From Gammaproteobacteria bacterium (GTDB lineage Bacteria; Pseudomonadota; Gammaproteobacteria; SZUA-140), in assembly GCA_020847075.1 (NCBI GenBank), contig JADLCS010000050.1, positions 2,026 through 66,025 on the forward strand: 64,000 nucleotides of DNA, written 5' to 3'. The notes beneath the pieces were generated by a model, which was not told the origin of the DNA, did not search any database, and saw nothing but the letters and a program-made list of their open reading frames with translations. Below, piece by piece: positions 1-10,918 of this stretch. The stretch's first letter is position 1, and each line of letters starts with the position of its first letter. The position numbers were made by a program, and so were the translations under genes.

Positions 1-2097
1 TACGTCGACGCCGCCTTCCTCGGCCAGCCGCCGCGCCACGCTGTCGGCGCGCACGTTGAAACCGATCACGATCGCGTTCGAGGCCAGCGCCAGATTGATG
101 TCGGACTCGGTAATCCCGCCGACACCGTCCGAGACGACGTTGACGGCCACCTCGCCGCCCGACAACTGGAGTAGCGAGTCCTTCAGGGCCTCCACCGAGC
201 CCTGCACATCCGCCTTGATCAGGACGTTGAGGGTGAGCACGCCTTCCTTGCCCATCTGCGAGAAGACGTCTTCCAGCTTGGTCGCTTTGCGCGCGGCCAG
301 CTTCACGTCGCGGTACTTGCCCTGGCGGTGCAGCGCGACCTCGCGCGCGCGGCGCTCGTCGGCCAGCACCACCATGTCGTCGCCCGCGTTGGGCGTGCCC
401 GAGAGACCCAGCACCACCACCGGCATGGAGGGGCCGGCGGAATCCACCGGTTTCCCGTTTTCGTCCAGCATCGCCCGCACGCGGCCGTATTCGCAGCCGG
501 TGAGGATCACGTCGCCCCTGCGCAAGGTGCCGTTCTGCACCAGGATCGTGGCCACCGGCCCGCGCCCCTTGTCGAGACTGGACTCGATCACGGTACCGGC
601 CGCGGCGCGATCGCGCACGGCCTTCAGCTCCATCACCTCGGCCTGCAGCAGGATCGCCTCCAGCACGTCATCGACGCCCTGGCCCGTCTTGGCGGAAACC
701 TGTGTGAAGATGGCGTCGCCGCCCCACTCTTCCGGGATGATCTCCTGGGCGGAGAGCTCGTGCTTGACGCGATCCGGGTCGGCGTCCGGCTTGTCGATCT
801 TGTTGATGGCGACGACGATCGGGACCTTGGCCGCCTTGGCGTGCTTGATCGCCTCCAGGGTCTGCGGCTTGACGCCGTCGTCGGCCGCCACGATCAGCAC
901 CACGATGTCGGTGATCTTGGCGCCGCGCGCGCGCATCGCCGTGAAGGCCGCGTGGCCGGGCGTGTCGAGGAACGTGACGACCCCGCGCTCCGTCTCCACG
1001 TGATAGGCGCCGATATGCTGGGTGATGCCGCCGGCCTCGCCGGCCGCCACCTTGGTGCGGCGTATGTAGTCGAGCAACGAGGTCTTGCCGTGGTCGACAT
1101 GGCCCATGATGGTGACGATGGGGGGGCGCGAAGACTCCTCGCCCTCGTGTTCGCCGCTGACCTCGAGCACCTGCTCCTCGAGGGCGTTCTCCTGCAGCAA
1201 CTGCACCTTGTGCCCCATCTCCTCGACCACGACAGCCGCCGTCGCCTGATCGAGCACCTGATTGATGGTGACCATGCTGCCCATGCCCATCATGGCCTTG
1301 ATGACCTCGGCGGCCTTCACCGACATCTTCTGCGCCAGCTCCGCCACCGTGATCGTCTCCGGGATGGTCACGACGCGCACGATCGGCGCGGTCGGCCTCT
1401 CGAAACCGTGCCGCGTCACGTTGAACGCCGGCGTCTTGCTCTTCGTCTTCTTCTTGTTGCGGCGCGCACCGCCGGACGGGGTGGCGACGTGCAGTTCCTC
1501 ACGACCGTATTTGGTCTCGCGCTCGTCGCGCTTCTTGCGCCGCTTGCCTTTCTTGTCGCCGGACTCCTCCGACTCGGTCGCGGGCGCGGCCGGCTGCGCC
1601 GGTTTCGGTTCCACGACAGCGGCGGGCACCACGATGATGTCCGGCACCAGTTCGCGCACCGTCTCGACGACGGGCGGCGCCGCCGTCTCCATGGCCGCGG
1701 CCGGAGTTTCCGCCGCCTGTTCCTCGGGCGGAACCACCGGCTCGGCGCCGGTTTCCGCGCCCTCGGGCGCCAGTTCGCCGCGCATGGCGTAGGTGCGCTT
1801 GCGCCGATACTCGACGTTCACCTTGCGCGTCTGCGCCTTGGCGCGCCCGTGCGTCGGCGTGGTCAGCTTGAGTTCGCCGACCGTCTTGCGCCGCAGCGTG
1901 ATCTTTTTCGGCTCGCCCTTGCCGCTGTCCTTGCCGTGCGCGTTGCGCAGATGGGTCAACAGCTCCATCTTGTCCTTGTCGCTGATGGTCTGGTCCGCAT
2001 CTGTGATCGGCAGCCCCGCCTCGCCCAGTTGCAGGATCAGCCGATCGACCGGGATGCCGACCACTTCCGCCAGTTGTCTTACTGTCACGTCCGCCAT
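1..2097 (-). CDS. infB: Translation initiation factor IF-2 (C-terminal part runs off the left window edge)
   Basis: Reverse translation from the ATG at 2097 gives [31 protein letters not shown]... The frame stays open to position 1, where it reads [20 protein letters not shown], an IF-2 C-domain motif. It lies directly downstream of nusA. It is absent from the ORF track because there is no stop inside the window. Confidence 0.92.
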   Translation of the reverse strand, partial: MADVTVRQLAEVVGIPVDRLILQLGEAGLPITDADQTISDKDKMELLTHLRNAHGKDSGKGEPKKITLRRKTVGELKLTTPTHGRAKAQTRKVNVEYRRKRTYAMRGELAPEGAETGAEPVVPPEEQAAETPAAAMETAAPPVVETVRELVPDIIVVPAAVVEPKPAQPAAPATESEESGDKKGKRRKKRDERETKYGREELHVATPSGGARRNKKKTKSKTPAFNVTRHGFERPTAPIVRVVTIPETITVAELAQKMSVKAAEVIKAMMGMGSMVTINQVLDQATAAVVVEEMGHKVQLLQENALEEQVLEVSGEHEGEESSRPPIVTIMGHVDHGKTSLLDYIRRTKVAAGEAGGITQHIGAYHVETERGVVTFLDTPGHAAFTAMRARGAKITDIVVLIVAADDGVKPQTLEAIKHAKAAKVPIVVAINKIDKPDADPDRVKHELSAQEIIPEEWGGDAIFTQVSAKTGQGVDDVLEAILLQAEVMELKAVRDRAAAGTVIESSLDKGRGPVATILVQNGTLRRGDVILTGCEYGRVRAMLDENGKPVDSAGPSMPVVVLGLSGTPNAGDDMVVLADERRAREVALHRQGKYRDVKLAARKATKLEDVFSQMGKEGVLTLNVLIKADVQGSVEALKDSLLQLSGGEVAVNVVSDGVGGITESDINLALASNAIVIGFNVRADSVARRLAEEGGVDV

Positions 2098-2149
2098 GGA
2101 GTTGGATGCTTCCGTCTCGGTTCTTTACAAGAAGAGTGTTGAATCGGCC

Positions 2150-3649
2150 TTAATGCTGCGGTTCCGCGGCGAACCAGGGGGCGCGGGCGGCCATGATCAG
2201 CGCCCGGGCCTGGTCCTCTTCGATGCCCTCGATCTCGAGCAGATCGTCGACCGATTGCTCCGCCAGATCCTCCTGGGTCACGATGCCCTTTGCCGCCAGC
2301 TTGTGCGCCAGTGCCTCGTCCATGCCTTCCAGCGCGAGCAGATCCTGCGCCGGCGTCCCCGCGTCCGTCACCTCTTCGTTGGCGATGGCGTGGGTCAGCA
2401 ACACGTCGCGGGCACGCTCGCGCAGCTCCTGCACGATGTTCTCGTCGAACTCCTCGATCTCCATCAGTTCCTTGGTGGGAACGTAGGCGATCTCCTCGAT
2501 GCTCGAGAAACCCTCCTGCACGAAGATGGAGGCGATCTCCTCGTCGACGTCGAGCTGTTCCATGAACAACTGCTTGAGCGCATTCGCCTCGGCCTCGCTC
2601 TTCTCCTCGGCCTGCTGCTCGGTCATGATGTTGAGCTCCCAGCCGGTGAGCTGACTGGCCAGCCGCACGTTCTGGCCGCCGCGGCCGATCGCCTGCGAGA
2701 GGTGTTCCTCCTTGACTGCCAGGTCCATGCTGCCCGACTCCTCGTCCACCACGATGGATTCGACCTCGGCCGGCGACATCGCATTGATGACGAACTGGGC
2801 CGGATTCTCGTCCCACAGGATGATGTCGATGCGTTCGCCCGCCAGTTCGTTGGAGACGCTCTGAACGCGCGAACCGCGCATGCCGACGCAGGCGCCCACG
2901 GGGTCGATGCGCTCGTCATGGGCCTTGACCGCGATCTTCGCGCGCGACCCCGGATCGCGCGCGGCGCTCACGATCTCGATCAGCCCTTCGCCGACCTCGG
3001 GGACCTCGAGCTTGAAGAGCTCGATGAGGAGCTCGGGCGCGGTGCGGCTGACGTGCAGTTGCGGGCCGCGCGACTCGGGCCGCACCGCCTTCAGGTAGAC
3101 GCGCAGGCGGTCGCCCGGGCGGACGGATTCGCGCGGGATGATGTCCTCGCGGGAAAGCTGGGCCTCGGCATTGGCGCCGACGTCCAGCACGATGCTGCCG
3201 CGATCGGCGCGCTTCACCACGCCGGTGAGCAGTTCGCCCACCCGGTCCTGGTACTGCTCGACGACGTGGGCGCGTTCGGCCTCGCGCACCTTCTGGATGA
3301 TCACCTGCTTGGCGGTCTGAGCGGCGATGCGGCCGAACGCCACGGACTCGATCGGCTCCTCGATGAATTCGCCGACCGCGGCCGCGGGATTCACGTCCAG
3401 CGCGTCGTCCAGGCGGATCTGGGCGTCCGGATTTTCCATGACCACGGAATCCTCCACGACCTGCCAGCGGCGGAACGTCGCGTAGTCGCCGGTGTCGCGA
3501 TTGATGGAGACCCGCACGTCGACGTCCTCGGTGTAGCGCTTCTTGGTCGCGGCCGCCAGCGCGGACTCGATCGCCCCGACGATCACGTCCCGGCCGATGC
3601 CACGCTCGTTCGACACCGCATCCACGACCATCAGAATTTCTTTACTCAT
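2150..3649 (-). CDS. nusA: Transcription termination/antitermination factor NusA
   Basis: ORF 2150..4288 contains [39 protein letters not shown]... with S1/KH-type sequence. Start trimmed to the ATG at 3649 (499 aa). The rest of the ORF is an upstream read-through. Confidence 0.95.
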   Translation of the reverse strand: MSKEILMVVDAVSNERGIGRDVIVGAIESALAAATKKRYTEDVDVRVSINRDTGDYATFRRWQVVEDSVVMENPDAQIRLDDALDVNPAAAVGEFIEEPIESVAFGRIAAQTAKQVIIQKVREAERAHVVEQYQDRVGELLTGVVKRADRGSIVLDVGANAEAQLSREDIIPRESVRPGDRLRVYLKAVRPESRGPQLHVSRTAPELLIELFKLEVPEVGEGLIEIVSAARDPGSRAKIAVKAHDERIDPVGACVGMRGSRVQSVSNELAGERIDIILWDENPAQFVINAMSPAEVESIVVDEESGSMDLAVKEEHLSQAIGRGGQNVRLASQLTGWELNIMTEQQAEEKSEAEANALKQLFMEQLDVDEEIASIFVQEGFSSIEEIAYVPTKELMEIEEFDENIVQELRERARDVLLTHAIANEEVTDAGTPAQDLLALEGMDEALAHKLAAKGIVTQEDLAEQSVDDLLEIEGIEEDQARALIMAARAPWFAAEPQH

Positions 3650-3681
3650 ATCCGTTGCCTCTGTCTGATCATTACTACCTG

Positions 3682-4140
3682 TCAGATATCGGGGACCAGA
3701 CGCGCCCGATCGATATCCCGCAAGGGAAGCTCGATCTCCCGGCCGTCGACCTCCAGGACCACCTGTTCGCCGCGCACGCCCATCAACAGTCCCTTGAAAT
3801 TGCGCTGCCCGTTCAGCGGCGCGTGCAGGCGCAGGCGGACCTCCCTGCCCCGAAAGCGCTCGAAGTCGCGCGTCCCGTCCAGCGGCCGGTCCAGCCCCGG
3901 CGACGACACCTCCAGCAGATAATGCCCCGCGATCGGATCCTCCACGTCGAGCACGCCGCTGATCTGGTGGCTGACCCGTTCGCAATCGTCGACCGTGACG
4001 CCGTCCTGCTTGTCTATGTACACGCGCAAGGTCTGGTTGCTGCCCTGCGGGAAATACTCCACGGCAACCAGTTCGCAGCCGTGCAACGCCACCGCCGGCT
4101 CCAGCATCCGCCGCAATCGCGCGGTAATCTCCAAGCCCAT
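3682..4140 (-). CDS. rimP: Ribosome maturation factor RimP
   Basis: [29 protein letters not shown]...[13 protein letters not shown] is the RimP signature. Position upstream of nusA fits. Start taken at the internal ATG at 4140. Confidence 0.9.
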   Translation of the reverse strand: MGLEITARLRRMLEPAVALHGCELVAVEYFPQGSNQTLRVYIDKQDGVTVDDCERVSHQISGVLDVEDPIAGHYLLEVSSPGLDRPLDGTRDFERFRGREVRLRLHAPLNGQRNFKGLLMGVRGEQVVLEVDGREIELPLRDIDRARLVPDI

Positions 4141-4314
4141 GGGCCAACCCTGCAAAAACAAAAATGGGCCCAAAGGCCCACTTCGATTCCTCGTCCGGCG
4201 CCAGAACGGAGCCGACCGCCTGTATAGACCGGAAACCGATGCTACAGTTCCCGCCCCCGTTCGCGCCGCCGCGCCCGCTCATGGACACCGGCCGGCCCGT
4301 CCGCTGGGTGCCAT

Positions 4315-4343
4315 ATTATAGGAATATGACTTTTGTTTTTCAA
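4315..4343 (-). promoter_or_regulatory. Consensus sigma70 promoter for the rimP-nusA-infB operon
   Basis: The minus strand reads TTGAAA (4343-4338), a 17-nt spacer, then TATAAT (4320-4315), about 175 nt upstream of the rimP start. Confidence 0.6.
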
Positions 4344-4415
4344 CAAACACTTAACTCCCTGAATTCAAACCGGGATCGCATCGCCCGACCGCGGCGGAAC
4401 GGGTAGGCGGCCCGG

Positions 4416-4646
4416 TCAGAAAATCCGCCGGTAATCGCGGGTTTTCTCCCGCCGCCCATCGGCGCCCCCGTCCGTCCCGCCGCGGGAAAGGCCACCGCCA
4501 TCGTTTAGGCGCTCCACCAGCACCGAGATGCGGTCCAGGAGATAGCGCTGCCGCAAAGACTGCTCACGCAGTTGTCCCAGCAGCAACAGGACATTGACCG
4601 TGTAGAACGCTATCCATAATAAACTGACGAGCAACCACCATTCCAT
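4416..4646 (-). CDS. Small membrane protein, unknown function
   Basis: 76-aa ORF with one hydrophobic helix (WWLLVSLLWIAFYTVNVLLLLG). GAGGTGAGG Shine-Dalgarno directly upstream of the ATG. Confidence 0.45.
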   Translation of the reverse strand: MEWWLLVSLLWIAFYTVNVLLLLGQLREQSLRQRYLLDRISVLVERLNDGGGLSRGGTDGGADGRREKTRDYRRIF

Positions 4647-4844
4647 TTCCTCACCTCGCTGTCGCGACTCTGCGCCATTCGCGGCGCCGCCTCCCTATAT
4701 AAAGACGATCCAGAGGATCTTTTCCGCAACCTCTGGAAAAAAATGTTTTCCGCAGAATCTCTGTCTCGGGCGCGTGACCTCAAGAAATTAATGAGAATGA
4801 TTTGCATTTATAGCGTGAGCATGCCTATACTTGCCGCGTCCGAT

Positions 4845-5381
4845 TCACAGCAAGGGACGTCGCATTCCATGAGCCGATCGAACCACAGCGCCCCCTATCC
4901 CGACGCCACCCCGCTGAAGTCCCTGGCCGCTTCTGAACTCGTCCTGGTCACGACCCTGCGCCTGTGGGTGGCCGCGGCCTGTGGGCCCAACGAACGGAAC
5001 TCCGGGATCCGGTGGTACGACGGCCTCGCCGCAGCGGGGGTGTCGGAAGAAGGCGCCATGGCCTTTCACGAAGGGCGATGGCGCCAGCACTTCCGGCAAT
5101 TGCATCAATACTTCGGCATAGGCCCGCTCGATGCGCTCGCGTCGCCGGTGATTGGACAGCACCCGCTGCGCGACCCGGGTCAGAAATGCGCGCGGCTCCC
5201 GTATGGCAACCGGCTCATCACGGGCCAGCAGTCGGAGGAAGGCATCGTGGGCCAGATCCGCCGCCCGCTGCGGGCATCCCAGCTTCTTGCACAGCCAGGC
5301 CTGCAACCACCCGTGGTGATGGTGGTACAGGCTATGGACGGTTTGCTGCAAGGTGGTTTCGACTTCCGGCATTCCGTGCAC
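4845..5381 (-). pseudogene. Truncated FecI-type ECF sigma factor (region 2 only)
   Basis: Residues about 10-100 (TVHSLYHHHHGWLQAWLCKKLGCPQRAADLAHDAFLRLL...RERIERAYAEVL) align with the full-length FecI at 10919..11449. After APSP (about nt 5075) the sequence has no region-4 helix-turn-helix and looks non-protein-like. Confidence 0.6.
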
Positions 5382-5410
5382 TACCTCAGCATACGCCGGG
5401 CATTATCTTC

Positions 5411-5431
5411 TAATTAATAATTATTCTCATC
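5411..5431 (-). promoter_or_regulatory. Candidate Fur box upstream of the truncated fecI copy
   Basis: AT-rich island. The minus strand reads GATGAGAATAATTATTAATTAG, about 13/19 matches to GATAATGATAATCATTATC. Confidence 0.45.
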
Positions 5432-5491
5432 TTAACAGGGGAGAAAGAGATTGCAAGCGGGACCCGAGTCGCGGCGGAACAGGATACCGCA

Positions 5492-7249
5492 CTAGAATGC
5501 CGTATCCAGCGCAGGGATATGCTCGGCATAGGCCCGCCAGCGCGCGACCGAGCGGCGGTAGATCGGTTGCCGCACCTGCCAGCGGCTCGGGGTCTGCACG
5601 GCGCGTTCGTTCTTGTGAAAATCCAGGCAGCGGGGGTCCCACGGAACGTCGAGGAACCGCAGGATCCGCCGCGCTTGCCCTTCCAGGTCGGCGACGGTGT
5701 CCTCGTACTGCACGTCGAGGATCGGCAATGGCAGCACGGCATGCCAGTGCGCCATCAGGCGGCGGTATTCGCGGGTGAAAAAGGCCAGGGCGTCGAAGTC
5801 GGTGGCGTAGCGCTGGTCAGGATTGAAGTTCTCCATCCAGATGGACAGGGCATTGTCCCGCGCGTCGCGCCGGCAGTGGATCACGCGCGCGTTGGGGAAC
5901 AGCACGGCGGCGAAGGCCAAGTGGAAGAAGTTGAGCGGCGACTTGTCGCTGATGCGACGCCGGCGTCGGGGCGCCCCGTCGCGCAGGGCGCGTAGATATT
6001 CGTGCGCGTGTGCGCGACTCTGCATCTCGTCCAGCGCCGCCGCGGCCTGCCAGGGTTCCCCGTCCTCCGGGGCGCAGCGCGCCGCGATGCGGGACAGGTC
6101 CGGCAGTTCGCCGGCGCCGTGCAGCAGCGGATGCGCGGCGAGGATCTGTTCGGTCAGCGTGGTGCCCGAGCGCGGCAGGCCGACGATGAACACCGGCTGG
6201 TCGTTGCCGAGCCCGAAGCGGCGCCGCTCGTGGAAGAAGTCGGGGGTGTAGGCCGCGATGACGTGCTCCATGCGCGCGACCAGAGCCCCCCGGTCGAGCG
6301 GGCCCGACACCCTGCGCCGCGCGGCGTTCGCCTGCACTCCGGCCTGAGCCGCCGCATCGTGATTGCCACCACGGTCGTGGTACTTGGCCAGCCCGTAGCC
6401 GATCAGCGCCCTCGCCTCGTCCTTGACCTGGTCGTCGCGAACGCTCTGTTCCGCGCGGGCGAGCCATCCCGCCTGTTCATCGCCCGCGGCGCCGGCCGGA
6501 TCGTGATCGCGCAGCAGGGCCAGGTAATTACCCAGCGCCTGGGCGTGATCGGGGCGGCGGCGCAGGACGTTGAGATAGGCGCCGCGCGCGCCGTCCGCCT
6601 CGCCCATGTCCTCCAGCGTGCGGCCCAGCCCCATCCAGCCTTCGATATGATCCGGGTCCATGCCCAGCGACTGGCGGAACAGCGTCTCGGCGCGTTTCAC
6701 CTTGCCGCGCCCGGAAAGCTGCCCGGCCAGCCGGCTGCGCGCCTTCGGCAGGGCCGGGTCGTGCTTGACCGCGCGCTCCAGGCATTCCAGTGCGTCCTCA
6801 AACTGGCCGGCGTCGATCAGCAGCGTGGAGAGGTTCAGATACGTCTCGGCCCGCGCGGGGTCGATCAGCAGCGCATTCTTCAGCGCCGTGAACGCCGCCT
6901 CGCGCCGTCCGAGCTGTTTCATGGCCGTGCCGAGATTGTGCCAGCCGTCGGCGAAGCGCGCGTCGATCTCAACGGATTCCGCGAAACACCGCGCGGCGTT
7001 TTCCATCTCGCCGAGCAGGGCATAGACCCGGCCGAGGTCGGACCAGGAGCGCGGGTCGTCGGGCGCGAGTTCGCAGGCCCGCTGCCCGCTGGCAAGGGCG
7101 TAACCTCGCTCGTCGCCGGCCGCCTGCAACAGCGCGAGGTGCCGGTGCGCCACCGCGTCTCCCGGCGCCTCGGCGATCCTCTCCCGGCAGAACGCCAGCG
7201 CCCCCTGGCGGTCGCCTGCTTCGATCAATGCCTGAAGAGAATCGTGCAT
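5492..7249 (-). CDS. TPR-repeat protein fused to a sulfotransferase domain
   Basis: The N-terminal half has repeated TPR-like helices (ALAFCRERIAEAPGDAVAHRHLALL..., YALLGEMENAARCFAESVEID...). The C-terminal half has the PAPS 5'-phosphosulfate loop GLPRSGTTL and sulfotransferase-like sequence. The start is 13 bp after the receptor gene stop. Confidence 0.8.
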   Translation of the reverse strand: MHDSLQALIEAGDRQGALAFCRERIAEAPGDAVAHRHLALLQAAGDERGYALASGQRACELAPDDPRSWSDLGRVYALLGEMENAARCFAESVEIDARFADGWHNLGTAMKQLGRREAAFTALKNALLIDPARAETYLNLSTLLIDAGQFEDALECLERAVKHDPALPKARSRLAGQLSGRGKVKRAETLFRQSLGMDPDHIEGWMGLGRTLEDMGEADGARGAYLNVLRRRPDHAQALGNYLALLRDHDPAGAAGDEQAGWLARAEQSVRDDQVKDEARALIGYGLAKYHDRGGNHDAAAQAGVQANAARRRVSGPLDRGALVARMEHVIAAYTPDFFHERRRFGLGNDQPVFIVGLPRSGTTLTEQILAAHPLLHGAGELPDLSRIAARCAPEDGEPWQAAAALDEMQSRAHAHEYLRALRDGAPRRRRRISDKSPLNFFHLAFAAVLFPNARVIHCRRDARDNALSIWMENFNPDQRYATDFDALAFFTREYRRLMAHWHAVLPLPILDVQYEDTVADLEGQARRILRFLDVPWDPRCLDFHKNERAVQTPSRWQVRQPIYRRSVARWRAYAEHIPALDTAF

Positions 7250-7262
7250 CTGACTGTTTATA

Positions 7263-9689
7263 TTAGAGATCGAAATTGTAATCCGCCCGCAGCAGCACGG
7301 AACGCGGCGCGCCGAAGAAGTGGCTGTACAGGAAGGCGCTGTTCGGACGCTCGATGTACTTCTCGTCCGTGACGTTGCGCACCAGCAACGAGAAATCCCA
7401 TCCCGGCAGTCCTTTGTAGAAAGCGTGCAGATCGAGGCGCTCGTAGCCGTCGACGAACAGGTTCTCGTCCGTCAGCACGATGCGGTCGCCCACGCTCAGC
7501 AAGGTCGCGCCGAAGCCCAGGCCCTTGAACGTACCACCCTGCAATTCATAGCTAGTATACAGCGAAGACTGGCGCTTGACGGTCCCGCCCGGCGTCTTGC
7601 CGAAATTGGGGTCCTGCCGGTCGATGTATTCAGCATCCAGCCAAGCCGAAGCGGCCCCCACCGTCCAGCCGGGCCGCGGCGTCCCGGTGATCTCGAGCTC
7701 GAGGCCATCGGACCGCTGCAATCCCCCGGAAATGAAAAATTCGGCGGTCGATGGCAAATCGGGATCGGGGTCAGGGATGGGCCGGTTATCGAGTTCCTGG
7801 CGGAATACCGCGACCGTCGCGCCGAGCTGCCCGTCGAACCATTCGCCCTTCAATCCCAGCTCAAAACCCTCGCCGGTCTCGGGATCGAGGATACCATTCT
7901 GGGAGAGATCCAGCACCGGATTGAAGGACTGCGCATAGACGGCGTAACCGGTGAGGCTTTCGTTCAGGTCCTGCACTACACCGATGCGCACGGTCGGCTC
8001 CTTCTTGTCCATCGTGTCACCGGGAGTGGCGGACAGGCCGTTGAACACGCTCTCCAGCTTCGCACGGTCGTAACGGATGCCGAGCAGCAGCTTCGTGCGG
8101 TCGAGCACGCTCAACAGGACCTGCCCGTAGATCGCTTCATTGGAACTGTCCACGCGGCCGTCGTAGGCGCGCGGCAGGCTGCGAGCGGGGATGCTGGCGG
8201 CCGTCGCAAGACTGCCATCATAGATGTTGGCGGTGCCTATCGAAGAGGTGTAGCCGCCCCAGGCAAGAAAATCCCCGCGATTACGCTCTACACCCGCCAG
8301 CAAACGATGCTCGCGGCCAAATGCCTCGAAACGGCCATCCAGTCTCAGCTCACCGGCCCAGGTTACGTCCTCCTGCCCCACCCAACTGGCATACAGGTAG
8401 GTGTTGCCCGCATCGTCGATGCCGTAGCCGTAACTGTCGGAGATGCCCATCAGGCGGTTGCGGCTGCGGTGCAGTTGCAAGGTGGCAAGCCAGCGGTCCG
8501 AGAGTTCGCGGTCCACCTTCACGGTCATATGCAATCCGCTGGCGGTGGAATCCTCGGTGCTCGGCACGCCGAAGAAGAACGAGCGCGGCACATCGGGGGG
8601 CACGAGTTTATTCCCTTCCTGCCGCAGCGCGATACCCAGGCTGGGGATGAATTTGTCGTCCTGATAAATCAGTTGCGCCAGCACGCGCGTCCGGTCGTCG
8701 ATCAGCCACTCCAGGCTCGGGGCGAGCACGGCGCGCCGCGATTCCACACCGTCGATGAACGAGCCGCTGTCCTCGTAGGCGACCGCGGCCTGTCCGCGCA
8801 CGCGTTCATCGGCGTCGAGCGCGCCGGCAGTATCCGCTTCCACGCGAAACGTGTCGAAAGATCCCGCCTGCGCGGCCACCTTCAGCATGGGCTCCGCCTG
8901 CGGCTTTTTCGTCACCATGTTGATGAAGCCGCCGAGCGAACCCTGGCCGTACAGCATCGACGACGGTCCCTTGACCGCCTCGACGCGCTCGAAGGGCGCG
9001 AGGTCGAAATTGTTGTGCTCCCCGCCGGCGGCGAAACCATCGATGCGGATATCACGGCCGCTGTCCAGCTCCTGGCCGCGCAGCGTAAACCCCTCCCCAC
9101 TGCGTGGGGAATTCCCCGCGAAGGTCTTGCTGCCTGCGATGACGCCGGCCGAGAGCTCCAGCGCGCTGCTGAGGTCGAGCGACTGCCGCGCCTCGATCGA
9201 GTCGCGCGTGATGACGCTGATCGATTGCGGGGTCTCGCGCAGCGGCAGGGCCGACTTGGTCGCCGTCGTCTGATACTCCGCCTTCAATCCTCCCGGCTCG
9301 CGCGGCGCATCACCGAAGCGGGCATCCTCTACACCCTCGACGTTCACCGCCGGCAACAGCAGCGCGTCTTCCGGTTCGGGGGTCAGCACGTAACCGGCCC
9401 CGTTCCGGCTCGCGGCGTATCCGCTGCCCTGCAGCAGCGCCGCCAAGCCCTCCTCCGCTCCGTAGACCCCCTGCAGGCCGGGGCTGTTTTTGCCGGACAG
9501 GAGGGTCGCGTCGAACGACAGCACGACGCCCGCCTCGCCGGCGAAACGGCTGAGCACGGCGCCGAGAGGCCCGGCCGGGATATCGTAGGACCGCCGGGCC
9601 TGGTCTTCCGCCGCGGGCTGCGCCGCAACCGGTTGCCCGACAGCGCCCAGGGAAAGCGCAAACGCCACGCCGAACAACGGACTGCGCAT
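7263..9689 (-). CDS. TonB-dependent siderophore receptor with N-terminal signalling (STN) domain, FecA type
   Basis: Signal peptide MRSPLFGVAFALSLGAVGQPVAA. STN-like segment YDIPAGPLGAVLSRFAGEAGVVLSFD. Plug and barrel motifs, with a C-terminal ...LLRADYNFDL ending in an aromatic-x-x residue pattern. Start trimmed to the ATG at 9689. Confidence 0.9.
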   Translation of the reverse strand: MRSPLFGVAFALSLGAVGQPVAAQPAAEDQARRSYDIPAGPLGAVLSRFAGEAGVVLSFDATLLSGKNSPGLQGVYGAEEGLAALLQGSGYAASRNGAGYVLTPEPEDALLLPAVNVEGVEDARFGDAPREPGGLKAEYQTTATKSALPLRETPQSISVITRDSIEARQSLDLSSALELSAGVIAGSKTFAGNSPRSGEGFTLRGQELDSGRDIRIDGFAAGGEHNNFDLAPFERVEAVKGPSSMLYGQGSLGGFINMVTKKPQAEPMLKVAAQAGSFDTFRVEADTAGALDADERVRGQAAVAYEDSGSFIDGVESRRAVLAPSLEWLIDDRTRVLAQLIYQDDKFIPSLGIALRQEGNKLVPPDVPRSFFFGVPSTEDSTASGLHMTVKVDRELSDRWLATLQLHRSRNRLMGISDSYGYGIDDAGNTYLYASWVGQEDVTWAGELRLDGRFEAFGREHRLLAGVERNRGDFLAWGGYTSSIGTANIYDGSLATAASIPARSLPRAYDGRVDSSNEAIYGQVLLSVLDRTKLLLGIRYDRAKLESVFNGLSATPGDTMDKKEPTVRIGVVQDLNESLTGYAVYAQSFNPVLDLSQNGILDPETGEGFELGLKGEWFDGQLGATVAVFRQELDNRPIPDPDPDLPSTAEFFISGGLQRSDGLELEITGTPRPGWTVGAASAWLDAEYIDRQDPNFGKTPGGTVKRQSSLYTSYELQGGTFKGLGFGATLLSVGDRIVLTDENLFVDGYERLDLHAFYKGLPGWDFSLLVRNVTDEKYIERPNSAFLYSHFFGAPRSVLLRADYNFDL

Positions 9690-9885
9690 CGCGCGCCGGA
9701 GAGGCGCTACGCCCGGACCGGTCTGCCCCGGGGAGTGATGGTGGAAAACGGCATGATGGCTCTGCGGCATGATGTCCTCTCGTCGTCGTTCGGCCCGGAC
9801 GGGCGTCTTATCTTTCTAGTCGAACGAAACCTGAAAAGTGACAATCATGGCCAGCGACATGGATCATCGCCCGGCGATCCGGCGG

Positions 9886-10839
9886 CTATCCGCGCGGCCC
9901 GAGGCCGACCCAGTAACGTGTACGGTAGATAGCGCGCACCGGCAGGGCCTGTTCTATCGCCTTCAACGCGATATCGGTATCCCGCACCGGGAAGGCGCCG
10001 GAGATCCGCAGTCCGGCGACCGTCGGGTCGCAGGCCAGCCGGCCGGGGCGATATCGGGCCAGCTCATCGACCAGATCTCCCAGGCGCCAGTCGCTCACGA
10101 CCAGCATTCCGCGCGTCCAGGCCGCCAGCGACTCGTCGGCCACGCGCGGCATCCCCGCCTCGGCGCGGGAAAATACGGCCTGTTGCCGCTCACCGACGAT
10201 CCGCGTGTCCCGGGGGGCATCCACCGGGCGGATCTCCACCGCATGGCGCAGCACCGCCACACTGGTGAACCCCTCCCGCTGACGGACGATGAACCGGGTG
10301 CCGAGCGCGCGCACCTCACCCTGCGCCGTCTCGACGATGAACGGTCGCGCCACGGGCCCCGGATCGACCGCGGTCTCCACCAGAATCTCTCCCGCGCGCA
10401 TCCTGAGCAGACGCCGATCGTCGTCGAAAACGACATCGACCGCCGTGGCGGTATTCAGCATCAGACTGGAACCATCGGGCAGGACGATCCTGCGCTGCTC
10501 TCCCCCCGCGGTATGGTGATCGTCGAACCAGCCCCGGCTCCGTCCCATACCGGCGCCGGTAAACGCGCCGAGCATCATGGCGATACCGAGACCTTTCAGC
10601 GTGTCGCGCCGGGTGAGCCGGGATCGGGCGGGACCGGCGATCCTGAATGTCGCCGCGGATACCTTTCCGGGCAACGACTGCATCCTGCATTGCAGCGCCT
10701 CCACCTGATCCCAGGCCCAGCGATGATCGGGATGGGCTTCGACCCAGTCGCGCCAGGCCCTGCGGTCCGCCTCGGTCGCTCCGCCGGAGCCGAGGCGGGC
10801 AAACCAGCGGGCGGCCTCACCCAGGGCGGTCTTGTTCAT
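9886..10839 (-). CDS. fecR: FecR-type anti-sigma factor / iron sensor
   Basis: MNKTALGEAARWFARLGSGGATEADRRAWRDWVEAHPDHRWAWDQVE is a typical FecR N-terminus, followed by a single TM segment and a periplasmic domain. It lies between fecI and the receptor gene. Confidence 0.88.
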   Translation of the reverse strand: MNKTALGEAARWFARLGSGGATEADRRAWRDWVEAHPDHRWAWDQVEALQCRMQSLPGKVSAATFRIAGPARSRLTRRDTLKGLGIAMMLGAFTGAGMGRSRGWFDDHHTAGGEQRRIVLPDGSSLMLNTATAVDVVFDDDRRLLRMRAGEILVETAVDPGPVARPFIVETAQGEVRALGTRFIVRQREGFTSVAVLRHAVEIRPVDAPRDTRIVGERQQAVFSRAEAGMPRVADESLAAWTRGMLVVSDWRLGDLVDELARYRPGRLACDPTVAGLRISGAFPVRDTDIALKAIEQALPVRAIYRTRYWVGLGPRG

Positions 10840-10918
10840 GTGTCTCCAGGGCCCAACTCAAGGTCGGAAATGAATCTTTGCGATGAAACATCCCGTGGTC
10901 ATTCCCGCGTAATGGGCG

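Noticed and set aside
328-3922. Long + strand ORFs (328..2142, 1793..3922) overlapping infB and nusA.
   Set aside because: They are antisense shadow ORFs of a high-G+C region. Their products are R/G/A/H/L-rich low-complexity strings with no motifs. The opposite strand encodes unmistakable IF-2 and NusA.
7320-9932. 870-aa + strand ORF opposite the TonB-dependent receptor. Analogous long ORFs occur at 24258..26093, 27968..29131, 31017..32888, 41337..42899, 44250..46169, 50743..53379, 57650..59236 and 59022..61838.
   Set aside because: Each lies antisense to a gene with clear family signatures and has non-protein-like, Arg/Gly/Asp/His-rich composition. This is typical of stop-codon-poor antisense frames in GC-rich DNA.
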